55,439 bases of DNA from Nanobdellota archaeon (GCA_023140175.1 JAGLMD010000059.1:1-55439); one strand, 5' to 3'. Counted from the stretch's first letter, positions 1 through 10,092 are shown. Made by a program: numbers and translations. The notes: generated by a model not told the origin, from the letters alone.

Positions 1-33
1 AGAATATGATTTATTAAATTTGTTAATGTTTCT

Positions 34-474
34 CTATTCTTTCTTAATGGATTTTTTCTCAACTACTTTCTTTGTCTCTATTTTCTTCTCTTCAACTATC
101 TCTGCTTCTTTTACCTGCTGTTCTGTTTTTTTAGCTGCTTTCTTTTTCACTGTTTTCTCGGACTCTTTTGTTGTTTCTGCTGCTTTCTTTTCTCTTTTCT
201 GCTTCTTTGGTTTTTCTGCAGCTTTCTTTGGCTTAGTTTCCCATACAGTTAATTTAAGTTTCTCGAATTCTGCTTTGACTTCTTCATGTGAAGCATTTTT
301 TTTAATCTTGATTTTTTTAGAAGATGGCTCCAGATGCATTATATTGCATTTTTTCCTTCTTACATTGCCATCTATTAATACATAATTATCATCCAGAATA
401 TCAACAATAACAGCTTCTCTGCCAGCATCCCTTCCTGCCAGCTTAATACATATTGTTCCTATTTCATACATCAT
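34..474 (-). CDS. rpl14e: 50S ribosomal protein eL14 (L14e) with a long K/E-rich C-terminal tail
   Basis: The N-terminal KOW-like segment GTICIKLAGRDAGREAVIVDILDDNYVLIDG is present. The gene sits next to L34e, as in archaeal clusters. About 65 aa of the C-terminus is low-complexity K/E/A sequence. Confidence 0.85.
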   Translation of the reverse strand: MMYEIGTICIKLAGRDAGREAVIVDILDDNYVLIDGNVRRKKCNIMHLEPSSKKIKIKKNASHEEVKAEFEKLKLTVWETKPKKAAEKPKKQKREKKAAETTKESEKTVKKKAAKKTEQQVKEAEIVEEKKIETKKVVEKKSIKKE

Positions 475-514
475 TTTGTTTCTCCAATCTCTTTAGTCAA
501 GATAGTGTTGCCAT

Positions 515-787
515 CTATCCAAGAGATTTTACTTTTTCTTTTAATAAAACTCTAGCGCATTTAGAGCAAAGAACACCGCCATATGGCCTTTGCGGCCTTT
601 TCCTTGTTTTAGGGATGTTCTGCATTTTTCTGGGCCTTTCTCTAGCTATTCCTTTCAAAACAGCACCACAGCCACCGCATTTAGCTGGACTGGGCTTTCT
701 TCTCTTATAGTGAGTCACTACTCTTCCCCCAGGTACCTTTACTTTAATCCTTCTTAATGACCTTGACCTTAATGCTCTTCTTACCAT
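515..787 (-). CDS. rpl34e: 50S ribosomal protein eL34 (L34e)
   Basis: It has the RSRSLRRIKVKVPGGRVVTHYKRRK motif and a CGGC...CSKC zinc-ribbon-like Cys pair, and its position is conserved. Confidence 0.9.
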   Translation of the reverse strand: MVRRALRSRSLRRIKVKVPGGRVVTHYKRRKPSPAKCGGCGAVLKGIARERPRKMQNIPKTRKRPQRPYGGVLCSKCARVLLKEKVKSLG

Positions 788-845
788 TTTTTACCTATTC
801 TTGGGATTATAATTTGATTTATAAAAGTTTAGTTTTAATTTAGTT

Positions 846-1601
846 CTAATATACTTTCAATGTTTTTCTTAGGGTCATGCTGGATATTATTGAAAGGATG
901 ATGTATGTTCCCAACCATCCCCAATTGAGTATAGGCAGGATTACCTTTTTTTTGTTATTGATGGATATGGATTTAAGATTACTGTTCTTTATCGGTTCTT
1001 CTATTTTAGCATATTTTTGCTCATTTGTTATTAAGACATCCTTGAAAAATATCCTATCACCATATTCAAGTTTAAGGCTATTTCCTTCAATATACTTCCC
1101 CTCTTTTCCCTTGAGTGTGAAGACTGCCTTATCATTGATTATCTCTTGCATAGGATCTCCAATGACTTCAATACCTTGGGGTGTAGTTATTGTTGCAGCC
1201 CCCATAGATGCCTTTTCAAAGTTTAATGTAATTTGGAACTGTTCTTCAGGTAAAATAGGCTCAAATGCATAGTGTGCATTCATCCATGAGAATATGAGTA
1301 TAATTGGTATGAATGTATAGAATGTGGATTTGAATGACTGACCCATATATTTCATATTTGACTGCATTGCTTTTTTCTGTACTTTCATCATCTCTTCAGG
1401 ATGGTCTCTAAGTTCTTTCATCTCATTCTGGAGCTCTTTCATCTCAGTCTTCAGGCTTTTCATAAGGTTCTGATTGGTTGTGAACTTATAGATGACAGTA
1501 ATAATAACTGATACAAGAAGTGACACAATAGATACTGCCAAAAAAGGATGCAAACTAAGTAAGGGATTGAATACCGGGTCAAGTAATTTTTCAAATACCA
1601 T
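846..1601 (-). CDS. DUF106 / EMC3-TMCO1 / archaeal YidC-like membrane insertase homologue with an enlarged TM2-TM3 loop
   Basis: The layout is TM1, then a charged coiled-coil hairpin (KSLKTEMKELQNEMKELRDHPEEMMKVQKK), then TM2 and a C-terminal TM. It occupies the conserved position downstream of secY in archaea. Confidence 0.6.
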   Translation of the reverse strand: MVFEKLLDPVFNPLLSLHPFLAVSIVSLLVSVIITVIYKFTTNQNLMKSLKTEMKELQNEMKELRDHPEEMMKVQKKAMQSNMKYMGQSFKSTFYTFIPIILIFSWMNAHYAFEPILPEEQFQITLNFEKASMGAATITTPQGIEVIGDPMQEIINDKAVFTLKGKEGKYIEGNSLKLEYGDRIFFKDVLITNEQKYAKIEEPIKNSNLKSISINNKKKVILPILNWGWLGTYIILSIISSMTLRKTLKVY

Positions 1602-1630
1602 TTTCTTTTTTAAATATGGTTGATTATGGA

Positions 1631-3055
1631 TTATCCACCCATGAACTTTCTCATCATTGGATTCATGTCCATCATATGCTGTTTGGCAATCTCTTCATAT
1701 AGCCTATAGATTATCATAACTGCAAGAAGAATGCCTGTACCCCTTGAGAGGGCCCCTGTAAGGTCTGCAAAAGCAGCTAAAAAGCCGACTGTTGCACCAC
1801 CCATGATTGTAAGCGGCCATATATATCTGTTTAGGATGCTTTCCAAAACCCTGCGATCACGCCTAAATCCGGGAATCTGTAATCCTGAAGACATCATCTG
1901 CTGCGCTTGTGACTTTGCATCCATACCAGATGTCTGCACCCAAAACATTGAGAAAACAACAGCACCCACGACCATAAATGAGATATAGACCAATGACTGT
2001 ATATATGGTTCAGAACCGAAAAATAATGTTTTCTGTTCTATGATTGTTCTTATTATATTTGGGGACTGCAGCCAATATAGGAATCCCCCAGTTATCTGGC
2101 CTGTTGTCTCTGCGAATGTTCCAAAGGTATTAGGACCGATCCAGTTTTGCAGTAAACGGCCCCATAGCTGGAGGTTAGCAATCAACGCAGCTACCAAAAT
2201 AACAGGTATATTTGATGTATAGATAAAGCTTAAAGGCCACCTTATTCCTTGTCCCCTGATTCTGCCAAAGGATAGGGGGATTTCAACTTTCATAGCTTGT
2301 ACATATACCACAATCATGAAAACAAGAACTGTGGAAACTAATGCTGCTAACTTTATCCCTGCTGTTGTTGGATCTCCTGCAGCCAATGCCTGAAAAAGGG
2401 CTGGAATTGCACCTGCTGAATATGTAATCCCTTCCAAGCCAGCTGGACCAGGAAGCCAATTGAATGCCTGGATAAATATTGATTGGGATACACCAGCGGC
2501 AATGAATAAGCTGATTCCTGAGCCAAAGCCCCATTTTGAGACCACTTCATCCATGAATAGGATCATAATGCCTCCAAGTATAAGCTGGAATATTAATACT
2601 AATTGTAATTGAAAGAATAATGCAGGAGCAGAGTCTGCTAAACCAGGAGGAGGAGCCAAACCACCCATAAATACGTAGATTGCTGCTTCAAATAGAATGA
2701 AAAATAAAGCCAATAATTTTTGCACTCCCTGAAAAAGCCTCTTTCCATCAGGGGATGTTAAATCAAACTTTAATATACTGGATCCATTCAGTAATTGCAA
2801 TACAATAGAAGCAGTAACAATGGGGCCAATACCAAGAGAAATTATTGAACCAAAACTTGCACCCAGTATGATTGATAAATAATCAAATCTTTGGAGGGCA
2901 TTTTCGCCAAGGCCGAATAAAGGCAGCATCCCCAGAATGAAATAGATTATCAGGGTGATTAAGGTCCATTTAAGCTTCTCTTTGAAAGAGAGTTTTTTTT
3001 GTGTTGGTCCTGCAACCTCTGGCAGATTAAATACAATCTCTTTGAAGAGGGACAT
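1631..3055 (-). CDS. secY: Preprotein translocase subunit SecY
   Basis: This is a 474-aa protein of about 10 TM segments at the end of the L15-containing ribosomal operon, with typical SecY N-terminal and plug segments. Confidence 0.95.
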   Translation of the reverse strand: MSLFKEIVFNLPEVAGPTQKKLSFKEKLKWTLITLIIYFILGMLPLFGLGENALQRFDYLSIILGASFGSIISLGIGPIVTASIVLQLLNGSSILKFDLTSPDGKRLFQGVQKLLALFFILFEAAIYVFMGGLAPPPGLADSAPALFFQLQLVLIFQLILGGIMILFMDEVVSKWGFGSGISLFIAAGVSQSIFIQAFNWLPGPAGLEGITYSAGAIPALFQALAAGDPTTAGIKLAALVSTVLVFMIVVYVQAMKVEIPLSFGRIRGQGIRWPLSFIYTSNIPVILVAALIANLQLWGRLLQNWIGPNTFGTFAETTGQITGGFLYWLQSPNIIRTIIEQKTLFFGSEPYIQSLVYISFMVVGAVVFSMFWVQTSGMDAKSQAQQMMSSGLQIPGFRRDRRVLESILNRYIWPLTIMGGATVGFLAAFADLTGALSRGTGILLAVMIIYRLYEEIAKQHMMDMNPMMRKFMGG

Positions 3056-3057
3056 TT

Positions 3058-3513
3058 TTATTCAGATTCCTCTTTTTTGGTTATTATCTCTCCTCCCTTC
3101 TCCTGCACTTTCACAATCGCTTTTTTTGAGGCAGCATCAACTATAATCTTCAACTTATTTGATACCCTTCCTTTGCCGAGCAGTTTATTATATCCAATTG
3201 AGGGGAGATTTATTATAAACATGTCACCTTCTTTATTCACTTTTTTTTCTATCAGTAATTTACTCAGTTTCTTTTCTAATTCATCCAGATTTATTGGTTT
3301 AACTTCTTTTTTTATTCCTTTCTTTTTAAAATTATACTTTCCAAAGTACTTTGATTTCCATATAACTGGCTTCTTGGCATCTCCCCTCTTTCCAGTGCCG
3401 GCCATTCCAGAGCCACCTTTGTTTCCTTTTCCACGATGTTTTTTCATTGCACCCCAGCCATGAGTACAAGAACCGCGCTGCCTGGAGTTTTTCTTTCTTT
3501 TTATTGATGTCAT
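3058..3513 (-). CDS. rpl15: 50S ribosomal protein uL15
   Basis: It has a G-rich N-terminus (GSCTHGWGAMKKHRGKGNKGGSGMAGTGKRG) and lies between L30 and SecY. Confidence 0.9.
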   Translation of the reverse strand: MTSIKRKKNSRQRGSCTHGWGAMKKHRGKGNKGGSGMAGTGKRGDAKKPVIWKSKYFGKYNFKKKGIKKEVKPINLDELEKKLSKLLIEKKVNKEGDMFIINLPSIGYNKLLGKGRVSNKLKIIVDAASKKAIVKVQEKGGEIITKKEESE

Positions 3514-3514
3514 A

Positions 3515-3952
3515 TTAAATCATTCTTCTGATAAGATCATTAATTTTTTCTCTACGGTTGCCTAATGCTCCGCCCCTCGAGAATGGCTTTTTTATTCCTT
3601 TTCTTTCATATCCTTTTCTTGGAGGAGGTAATCTGAAATATTTATTGTATTTTTTTCCGTCAAATTCAAAATATTTTCTTTTATATTCTATTTTTCCTTT
3701 GGAGTCTTTTTCTCTTCCTTTATATTCTTCTCCCCTCTTCCCTATGAGCTCTTTGAATAAGCCTTCTTCAACTTCACCATAAGTAACAAAATCCTTAACT
3801 TTATTAACCATGCCAATATTTTGAGGAGTAGGATTCAGTACTACGCAATAATTCTTATTATACAGCCTAAGCATATTAAGGGTGTCTATTATCTCTTTCT
3901 TTATCCTAACACTTCCCCTTACCCTAATAACTGCTATTTTTATATCTGTCAT
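3515..3952 (-). CDS. rpl30: 50S ribosomal protein uL30
   Basis: It contains IAVIRVRGSVRIKKEIIDTLNMLRLYNKNYCVV and holds the conserved position between S5 and L15. Confidence 0.9.
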   Translation of the reverse strand: MTDIKIAVIRVRGSVRIKKEIIDTLNMLRLYNKNYCVVLNPTPQNIGMVNKVKDFVTYGEVEEGLFKELIGKRGEEYKGREKDSKGKIEYKRKYFEFDGKKYNKYFRLPPPRKGYERKGIKKPFSRGGALGNRREKINDLIRRMI

Positions 3953-4795
3953 CTAATTTTCCTCTTTTATTTCTTCCAGGCTTTCAAACTCTTTCTGGAT
4001 GCTTTTCTCATAAGCGCCTTCTACTATCTTCATATCATTGCTATGCTTTATTTTCATAAGATTTCTTAAAGCCAGTTCACATGCTCCTATGAGGTTATTG
4101 GTTGTTTTTTTATGGCCTAATGTTTTTGACCACACATCTGTCACTCCTGCAAGCCTCAATATCTTTTGTACTTCCCTATGAACACAAAGGCCAGTTCCAC
4201 GCGGAGCAGGCATAAGCTTCAAGGTTACTGAACCCATCTTTGCCTGTACTGCGAATGGCATTGTATGCGGCTCTCCGCAATTACATTGCCAACTTCCACA
4301 ACTGCGTTTTATCTTTATTATGTTTAATTTTGCCTTTCTCAGGGCCTTTTCTCTGGCCGGCACAGTTTCCCTGCTTTTTCCGTAACTTAGGCCAACATAA
4401 CCATTACAGTTTCCAACAACAGCCAATGTTGCGAATTTAGGGCGATTACCTTCACGTGTCTTTTTTTGAGTCTGTTTGAAAACCCTTCTCTGGCCGCCGC
4501 CGAATTTACCCTTTGATTGGCCTATGAGCAATAATTCAGATTCAAGTCCGGGCAAAAGAAAATCAACTATTTCGGGTTCTAGGATTTTTTCACCTTTATC
4601 GAGAATCTCGTCTATATTCTTTATTTTTCCGCTCTTGACTTTCTCACCCAATATGGTCTTAGGTTTCCAGGAATCAAATTCACTTCTTTTTTCTTTTACT
4701 ACCTCTTCCTTTGCTTCTGGAGCCTTTTCTTTTACTTCTTTATTTTCTGCTTCTCCTTCTTTCTTCTCTTTTATTTCTTCCTTCTCTTCTGTCAT
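3953..4795 (-). CDS. rps5: 30S ribosomal protein uS5 with a K/E-rich N-terminal extension
   Basis: The core segment is GQRRVFKQTQKKTREGNRPKFATLAVVGNCNGYVGLSYGKSRE. An ATG at 4795 lies just after the L18 stop. The longest ORF would use a TTG at 4807. Confidence 0.9.
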   Translation of the reverse strand: MTEEKEEIKEKKEGEAENKEVKEKAPEAKEEVVKEKRSEFDSWKPKTILGEKVKSGKIKNIDEILDKGEKILEPEIVDFLLPGLESELLLIGQSKGKFGGGQRRVFKQTQKKTREGNRPKFATLAVVGNCNGYVGLSYGKSRETVPAREKALRKAKLNIIKIKRSCGSWQCNCGEPHTMPFAVQAKMGSVTLKLMPAPRGTGLCVHREVQKILRLAGVTDVWSKTLGHKKTTNNLIGACELALRNLMKIKHSNDMKIVEGAYEKSIQKEFESLEEIKEEN

Positions 4796-4796
4796 A

Positions 4797-5378
4797 TTAA
4801 GCACCAATTATCTTATTTTTTATCTCATTGAATTTTTTTGTTATGTTTGTGGGATCTATATTATTTTTCAAGTATCTGTTAAACTTTTTGTTAAAAGCTT
4901 CCGGGTCTTCTTTCAATTTCTTAGAGTAATCTTCAATATGCTTTCCACTGATTCTATTTTCATCAGGCAATATTGTATCCGAATGAGGTACTATCAGGCC
5001 AACATCAATTGCCCCTTTAAGTACTGCATAGAGCCTCGAATTCGGGATAGACTTCTGGAGGCCAATATCTAAGATAGCTTCTTTAATTCCTTTATCTTTT
5101 GCTTTTTTTGCAATAAGCAATCCTAATAGATACGCGCTTGGTGTATTAGCATAATTAAAATCCCATCCTTGTTCTTTCAAGTCGCTGCTCTTAGCAGAAA
5201 CAACAATTCTATCCCCTTTTTCAGAATATTCAATTACCTGAGCAGATATATCCCTTAATGATCTCCTTATAACTAAACGGGGCTTACCAGACAAAAGAAG
5301 CCTCAACCTCTTTCTATAATCTGTCTTGCCTTCTCTCTTTCTTCTATATGCAGCTGCACGTGTTTTGTGTGTTTTCAT
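4797..5378 (-). CDS. rpl18: 50S ribosomal protein uL18
   Basis: It has AAYRRKREGKTDYRKRLRLLLSGKPRLVIRRS, and its start forms an ATGA overlap with the L19e stop. Confidence 0.9.
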   Translation of the reverse strand: MKTHKTRAAAYRRKREGKTDYRKRLRLLLSGKPRLVIRRSLRDISAQVIEYSEKGDRIVVSAKSSDLKEQGWDFNYANTPSAYLLGLLIAKKAKDKGIKEAILDIGLQKSIPNSRLYAVLKGAIDVGLIVPHSDTILPDENRISGKHIEDYSKKLKEDPEAFNKKFNRYLKNNIDPTNITKKFNEIKNKIIGA

Positions 5379-5824
5379 TTTTTTGCCAAGTTATGTTCCT
5401 TAATATATAGCTGTATATGCCTTCTGCTTCTGAAAAAGCCACCCTTTGACTTCATATAAAGGCCGCCGAATGTTTTTTTGTCTATTTTTTCTGAACTTCT
5501 TAGTTCCCTTAATAATTTTCTTTGAGTCCTTATCTTTAACATCCATCTATCTTTTTTTGATATTTTTGAATTAATTTTGCCTTTTTTGCTTCCCTTACCT
5601 TTTCTCTTACCTTTACTCTTTTGCTTCTTTATCTTTCTTGCTCTTGCCCTTGAGCTTTCCTGGGTTTTCTTTTTTTCTATTGCTTTGTCTTTTATGAGGC
5701 TTTTAATATCCTTTTTAGTGATGGCTTCTTTAATCTCTTCCATCCTGGACGTATCTATCTTAATCTTCTTGGGAGAACATTTCAATATTCTCGATGCAAG
5801 CCTTTTTTGTAATGTCAATTTCAT
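5375..5824 (-). CDS. rpl19e: 50S ribosomal protein eL19 (L19e)
   Basis: It has the LQKRLASRILKCSPKKIKID N-terminus, and its order in the cluster is conserved. Confidence 0.9.
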   Translation of the reverse strand: MKLTLQKRLASRILKCSPKKIKIDTSRMEEIKEAITKKDIKSLIKDKAIEKKKTQESSRARARKIKKQKSKGKRKGKGSKKGKINSKISKKDRWMLKIRTQRKLLRELRSSEKIDKKTFGGLYMKSKGGFFRSRRHIQLYIKEHNLAKK

Positions 5825-5833
5825 TTTAGTTTA

Positions 5834-6415
5834 TTATACTTCTTTTTTTGTAAGCAATTTATCTTTTTCCTTTTTTTCTGCAGCAGCCTTTTCTTCTTCA
5901 TTAGTTATTTTATCTGCCAGATTGTCTTGTTTTTTCTCTTTTGTTTGTTCTTTTACCTTTTTATCAGCTTTCTTTTTTTCTTTTTTTGATTTCTCTTCCT
6001 TCCTTTTTTTCATACTTTCTTCTACTGCTTTGATATATTCTTCAGGCTGCTTTATGTTGATTATTGTAATTCCAAGCTCTTTTGCCTTGTTGATTATATC
6101 TATTTTCTTCTTTTTTCCAACTTTCGAGCTGATGATTACTCCTTCTTTTTCTTTATTTATTTTCTCTAAAGACTTTAATTCCGAGACACGGATTGAAAGC
6201 AGGCCGGATTTATCAAGACCCCTAACAGCCCTGGGCGACCTATAACCTACTTCTACACATTTCTGATGGCCTTTTAGGTTTAATCTCATCTTTGAGTCAA
6301 TACCCCTAGGCCTTTTCCATTTCTGTTCAAGTCTCGATTTTTTATGAGCACTCTGCATAATGAAATCCGGCTTTTTTTTCTTTATCCTTCTTCTCTTGTC
6401 TAAAAGTTCATTCAT
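5834..6415 (-). CDS. rpl32e: 50S ribosomal protein eL32 (L32e) with a K/E-rich C-terminal tail
   Basis: It has the WKRPRGIDSKMRLNLKGHQKCVEVGYRSPRAVRG core, followed by about 70 aa of K/E-rich tail. Confidence 0.85.
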   Translation of the reverse strand: MNELLDKRRRIKKKKPDFIMQSAHKKSRLEQKWKRPRGIDSKMRLNLKGHQKCVEVGYRSPRAVRGLDKSGLLSIRVSELKSLEKINKEKEGVIISSKVGKKKKIDIINKAKELGITIINIKQPEEYIKAVEESMKKRKEEKSKKEKKKADKKVKEQTKEKKQDNLADKITNEEEKAAAEKKEKDKLLTKKEV

Positions 6416-6975
6416 TTTATATCTTTACCATCTTTATTTATGATATAGATACCATCCTGGAATATTCTGGTATCATAATTTGCTCTTTTTGTCATCTTTT
6501 CGATATCTGAGGCAGCTGTGCCTGCAAGTTCTTTATCGTTACTTTCGATATTTATCAAATTACCTTCAATTTTAACATTAACACCCTGTTTAAGCTGCAA
6601 TACTCTCGGATATTTCTCTCCTATGAAATTTTTTATGGTTAATTGGTTATTAGTTACAGAGACATTCATGGGGAAGTGGCTTGAGCAAATTTTTAGTATA
6701 TATTTATGGCCTTCGTTTACTCCACTAATCATATTTTTTATGTGCGCCCTGTACGTATATACTAGTTTTTTCTCTCTTTTCGTTGTTTTTATTGTGGTTA
6801 TTGTTATCTTTTTGCCCTCAACATTTAAAATCAATATAGGATTAGATATGTTCTTTTTGTTTTCTCCTTTCGGGCCCTTCAGTGTCAATATGGTTCCATT
6901 TAGTGCGGCCTCTACTTTATCCGGAAGATTGATCATCGCTTCGATTCTTTTTTTGATATTTTTATCTTCTGTCAT
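6412..6975 (-). CDS. rpl6: 50S ribosomal protein uL6
   Basis: It shows the two-repeat L6 pattern (LTLKGPKGE...; LTIKNFIGEKYPRV). The ATG at 6975 lies directly after the S8 stop. The longest ORF would use a TTG at 6993. Confidence 0.9.
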   Translation of the reverse strand: MTEDKNIKKRIEAMINLPDKVEAALNGTILTLKGPKGENKKNISNPILILNVEGKKITITTIKTTKREKKLVYTYRAHIKNMISGVNEGHKYILKICSSHFPMNVSVTNNQLTIKNFIGEKYPRVLQLKQGVNVKIEGNLINIESNDKELAGTAASDIEKMTKRANYDTRIFQDGIYIINKDGKDIK

Positions 6976-6976
6976 T

Positions 6977-7369
6977 TTAGTAACAATACGCAATGAGCCT
7001 TCCTCCTATCTTCTTTTCTTTAGCCTTATCATGGCATACTGTTCCGTTAATTGTTGAGATTATCATGATTCCCATATCTTTGGATGGAAGATATCGTTTC
7101 TCGAATTTTTCAAAATCATCTTTTTTTATCGCGTATCTTGGCCTTATGACTCCGCATTTATTTATCCTGCCGCTAAGCTTTATATTATATGATTCCTTTT
7201 TTCCATCTTTTATTCTTGTGTATCCCTTTATGTATCCAAACTTTTTTAGTATGCCAAGCACATCTGCAATGAGTTTTGAAACAGGGCTAATAAGGCACTC
7301 TGGCTTGCCCAGCCTTTCATATTCGTTCATTTTTGATAATGCATTTGCTAATGTATCGTTCAAAGCCAT
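6977..7369 (-). CDS. rps8: 30S ribosomal protein uS8
   Basis: It has the DTLANALSKMNEYERLGKPECLISPVSKL N-terminus and the C-terminal GGRLIAYCY. Confidence 0.9.
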   Translation of the reverse strand: MALNDTLANALSKMNEYERLGKPECLISPVSKLIADVLGILKKFGYIKGYTRIKDGKKESYNIKLSGRINKCGVIRPRYAIKKDDFEKFEKRYLPSKDMGIMIISTINGTVCHDKAKEKKIGGRLIAYCY

Positions 7370-7379
7370 TTTTCACACC

Positions 7380-7610
7380 CTATGAATATTTCTTAAAACC
7401 TATTTTAGTTGCTATTTCCCTAAAACACTGCCTGCAAAGATTTAGCCCATATTGATCTATGTGCGCCCTGATTCTTCCGCAGCGCCGACACTTTTTCTTA
7501 GACTTTCCGCATGACCTTTCTTTAGGAGCATTATGTTTTATGTACTTCTTCAGTTTTACTGGCTTGGCTTTTAGCTGTTTGAAAACCTTCTTATAATCGC
7601 TATATGTCAT
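7380..7610 (-). CDS. rps14: 30S ribosomal protein uS14 (zinc-binding type)
   Basis: It has the [25 protein letters not shown] Cys4 motif. Confidence 0.9.
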   Translation of the reverse strand: MTYSDYKKVFKQLKAKPVKLKKYIKHNAPKERSCGKSKKKCRRCGRIRAHIDQYGLNLCRQCFREIATKIGFKKYS

Positions 7611-8128
7611 TATTCTTCACCCATATTCACATTGAATTCTTTTTTCATGTACTCAATGGCTTCTTCTTTCTTTATTATGTGGTTCTTTGAAATTTTAGCT
7701 TTTTTCAGTGAGCGTCTTTTTATCCTAAAGCCCGGGCGTGTAAGAGTTATACATATCTCGAGCCCCATTATCCCTATCTTAGGGTCATATTTGACTTTGG
7801 GAATATCGATATATTCATGAATGCCAAATGCAATATTTCCATAATCATCAAACTGTGATTCTTTTAAACTATTGTCTTTTGCTTCAAGCAACCTTTTTAA
7901 CAAATCATATGCATTTTTTTTTCTTAATGTAAGCTTGTAACCAATTGGCAGGCCAGGCCTTAAGCCCCATGAAGGAATTCTTTTATTAGTAACAGTCTTT
8001 ACAGGCTCTATTCCTGTTATGTTTTTTATCAGAATTTTTGCCTTTTCCAGCCTATTCTGATCTTTACCTGCACCAATATTTAAGGTTATTTTATCAATCT
8101 TTATGGTTTTCATCGGATTCATAGTCAA
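7610..8128 (-). CDS. rpl5: 50S ribosomal protein uL5
   Basis: It contains [26 protein letters not shown]...[19 protein letters not shown]. Confidence 0.9.
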   Translation of the reverse strand: MTMNPMKTIKIDKITLNIGAGKDQNRLEKAKILIKNITGIEPVKTVTNKRIPSWGLRPGLPIGYKLTLRKKNAYDLLKRLLEAKDNSLKESQFDDYGNIAFGIHEYIDIPKVKYDPKIGIMGLEICITLTRPGFRIKRRSLKKAKISKNHIIKKEEAIEYMKKEFNVNMGEE

Positions 8129-8823
8129 TTATCCTCAACAAGCTTTATTACTGGTTTTTCTTTACCGATAACAAATGCATATTTCTTCAAAGTTTCATAA
8201 ACTTCGTTTGGCTTAATCTTATAGATTATCTTGCTTCCTATTATGTCTTCTATGGTTCCAATTGATCCTCTGTGTTTTCCACCAGTAAGGAATATTATAT
8301 TGCCTTTCTCAAGTTTCAGGTGGTTTTTTATTTCCTTCTTAACTATATCCATTATGACTGTATCGCCCACCTTATGTTCGTTCTTCTCAAATAGTATGTT
8401 ACTTCCATCTGAAAGATTCAATTGTATCTTTTTCTTCACTAATGTCTTTCCAGTTACTTTACAGGGCTTAATGCCTGCTTCTTTTTCGCCTATATCAATC
8501 GCCTTAAAATTTCCTTTATTGTCAATAGTTATTCTGAAATTTTTCCGGGTATCTTTAAGAGATATAACATCAAACAGGCCTATAGGAAAGGATATGCTTT
8601 TTCTTCTTTTTCCATCTATAGATACTTCCCTATTATGTAAAATGTATTGGGATTCTTTTTTTGTATTGGATATTTTCAATATTTCAATGAGCAGCAAATT
8701 TAATGAAATACAATTCTTTAGGTTATGCGGACCAGGTTTGGGCCTTAAAATAAATACATTTTCTTTTCTCTTAACAGACCAGGTTTTTGGTGCTGAGATT
8801 GTTTTTAGATGATTTTTGACCAT
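8125..8823 (-). CDS. rps4e: 30S ribosomal protein eS4 (S4e)
   Basis: It has the HLKTISAPKTWSVKRKENVFILRPKPGPH N-terminus and a KOW-like C-terminal part. Confidence 0.9.
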   Translation of the reverse strand: MVKNHLKTISAPKTWSVKRKENVFILRPKPGPHNLKNCISLNLLLIEILKISNTKKESQYILHNREVSIDGKRRKSISFPIGLFDVISLKDTRKNFRITIDNKGNFKAIDIGEKEAGIKPCKVTGKTLVKKKIQLNLSDGSNILFEKNEHKVGDTVIMDIVKKEIKNHLKLEKGNIIFLTGGKHRGSIGTIEDIIGSKIIYKIKPNEVYETLKKYAFVIGKEKPVIKLVEDN

Positions 8824-8827
8824 TTTA

Positions 8828-9220
8828 TCACTCTTTCCGTGCTTTTTTTCTTTCTAATATCTTACTTCTTCTTTTATCTTCAAGATTCAGTTCAGTAATT
8901 ATTATATTTGATGCTGCTATATATGGCAGGGCCTTACTTCCGTCTTTCTTCTGGATTTCTATTCCAGAGATCAAAACTTTTGATTTTCTTGTATTAACAC
9001 TATCTACTTTTCCAATATGTCCTTTAAATTGCCCCCTGCCAACCTTTACTTTATCTCCCTTAATAACCACCATACTTCTTTTATTGTATTTTTGTATTAA
9101 TTCCTTTGATAAGTGTGAATTAGCAAATTTTCTTTTTATGTGGAGGGGAGCATTATACCTATACTTTCTCTGCTTCTTCGCCTTTTTACTGGCTTTCCAT
9201 GAACTAGACCATTTTTTCAT
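8828..9220 (-). CDS. rpl24: 50S ribosomal protein uL24
   Basis: It has KQRKYRYNAPLHIKRK and the KOW motif VVIKGDKVKVGRGQFKGHIGKV. The internal ATG at 9220 avoids a 40-nt overlap with L14. Confidence 0.85.
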   Translation of the reverse strand: MKKWSSSWKASKKAKKQRKYRYNAPLHIKRKFANSHLSKELIQKYNKRSMVVIKGDKVKVGRGQFKGHIGKVDSVNTRKSKVLISGIEIQKKDGSKALPYIAASNIIITELNLEDKRRSKILERKKARKE

Positions 9221-9225
9221 TTTCT

Positions 9226-9627
9226 TTATACTATTATTTTTGCGATTTTTGATATATTGCCCCAACGTTCAATTGCTTCTTTTGCTACTGCTCCCTTTAT
9301 TGTGGTTCCTTTTGGATTGCCTTTCTCATCTTTTACAACGACAGCGGCATTATCCTCGAATTTTATTCTTGTACCATCTAATCTTCTATACTCTTTCTTC
9401 TGTCTTACGATAATCGCTAAAATGGTCTGTTTTCTCATTTCTGGTTTGCCTTTAACGACAGAAGCATTGACAAGATCACCTACTCCTGCACTCCCCATCC
9501 TTCCTTTCACAGTCTTATTTCTTTTTCTGCCAAATACTTTTATCACTTTTGCTCCTGAATTGTCGCATGTAGGAACAAGTGCTCCGAAATTCAGTCCTTT
9601 TGTTATCCTTGCTTTTATAGATTCCAT
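9226..9627 (-). CDS. rpl14: 50S ribosomal protein uL14
   Basis: It contains LVPTCDNSGAKVIKVFG...GDLVNASVVKG. Confidence 0.95.
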   Translation of the reverse strand: MESIKARITKGLNFGALVPTCDNSGAKVIKVFGRKRNKTVKGRMGSAGVGDLVNASVVKGKPEMRKQTILAIIVRQKKEYRRLDGTRIKFEDNAAVVVKDEKGNPKGTTIKGAVAKEAIERWGNISKIAKIIV

Positions 9628-9642
9628 TTTTCAATATTGTAT

Positions 9643-10092
9643 TTAAACAACTGATTTATTATCTTCCTGGGATTCTTCTTTTTCTACTTCCTTTGATTCA
9701 ATCTTCTCGGATGCAGGTTTCTTTGAACTTTCTAATGCCTCTTTCTTTTGAATAAATCCTTTCTCTTTTCCTAATTTTTCAACAATTACAAAATTTACAG
9801 TTTTGCTTATTGGGGTGCACTCCATAATCTTTACTATTTCACCATCTTCAGCTTTTATACAATCCGGATTGTGTGCTTTCAGTTTTGTTTTCTTTCTTGC
9901 ATATCTTTCATATTTTGGTATAATGATTCTTCTTGTCCATTCAATGGTGGCTGTTCTCTGCATTTTTGCAGCTATTACAGTGCCTACAAAGATTCTGCCC
10001 CTTACCTTTATTTTGCCATGAAAAGGGCATTTATTATCTTCGCATTTATTTTCTGGAGGAGTTATTCCCGCTCCAATATTTTTTGTTTTCAT
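9643..10092 (-). CDS. rps17: 30S ribosomal protein uS17 with an acidic/K-rich C-terminal tail
   Basis: It contains CEDNKCPFHGKIKVRGRIFVGTVIAAKMQRTATIEW. A GGTGA Shine-Dalgarno-like element precedes the ATG. Confidence 0.9.
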   Translation of the reverse strand: MKTKNIGAGITPPENKCEDNKCPFHGKIKVRGRIFVGTVIAAKMQRTATIEWTRRIIIPKYERYARKKTKLKAHNPDCIKAEDGEIVKIMECTPISKTVNFVIVEKLGKEKGFIQKKEALESSKKPASEKIESKEVEKEESQEDNKSVV

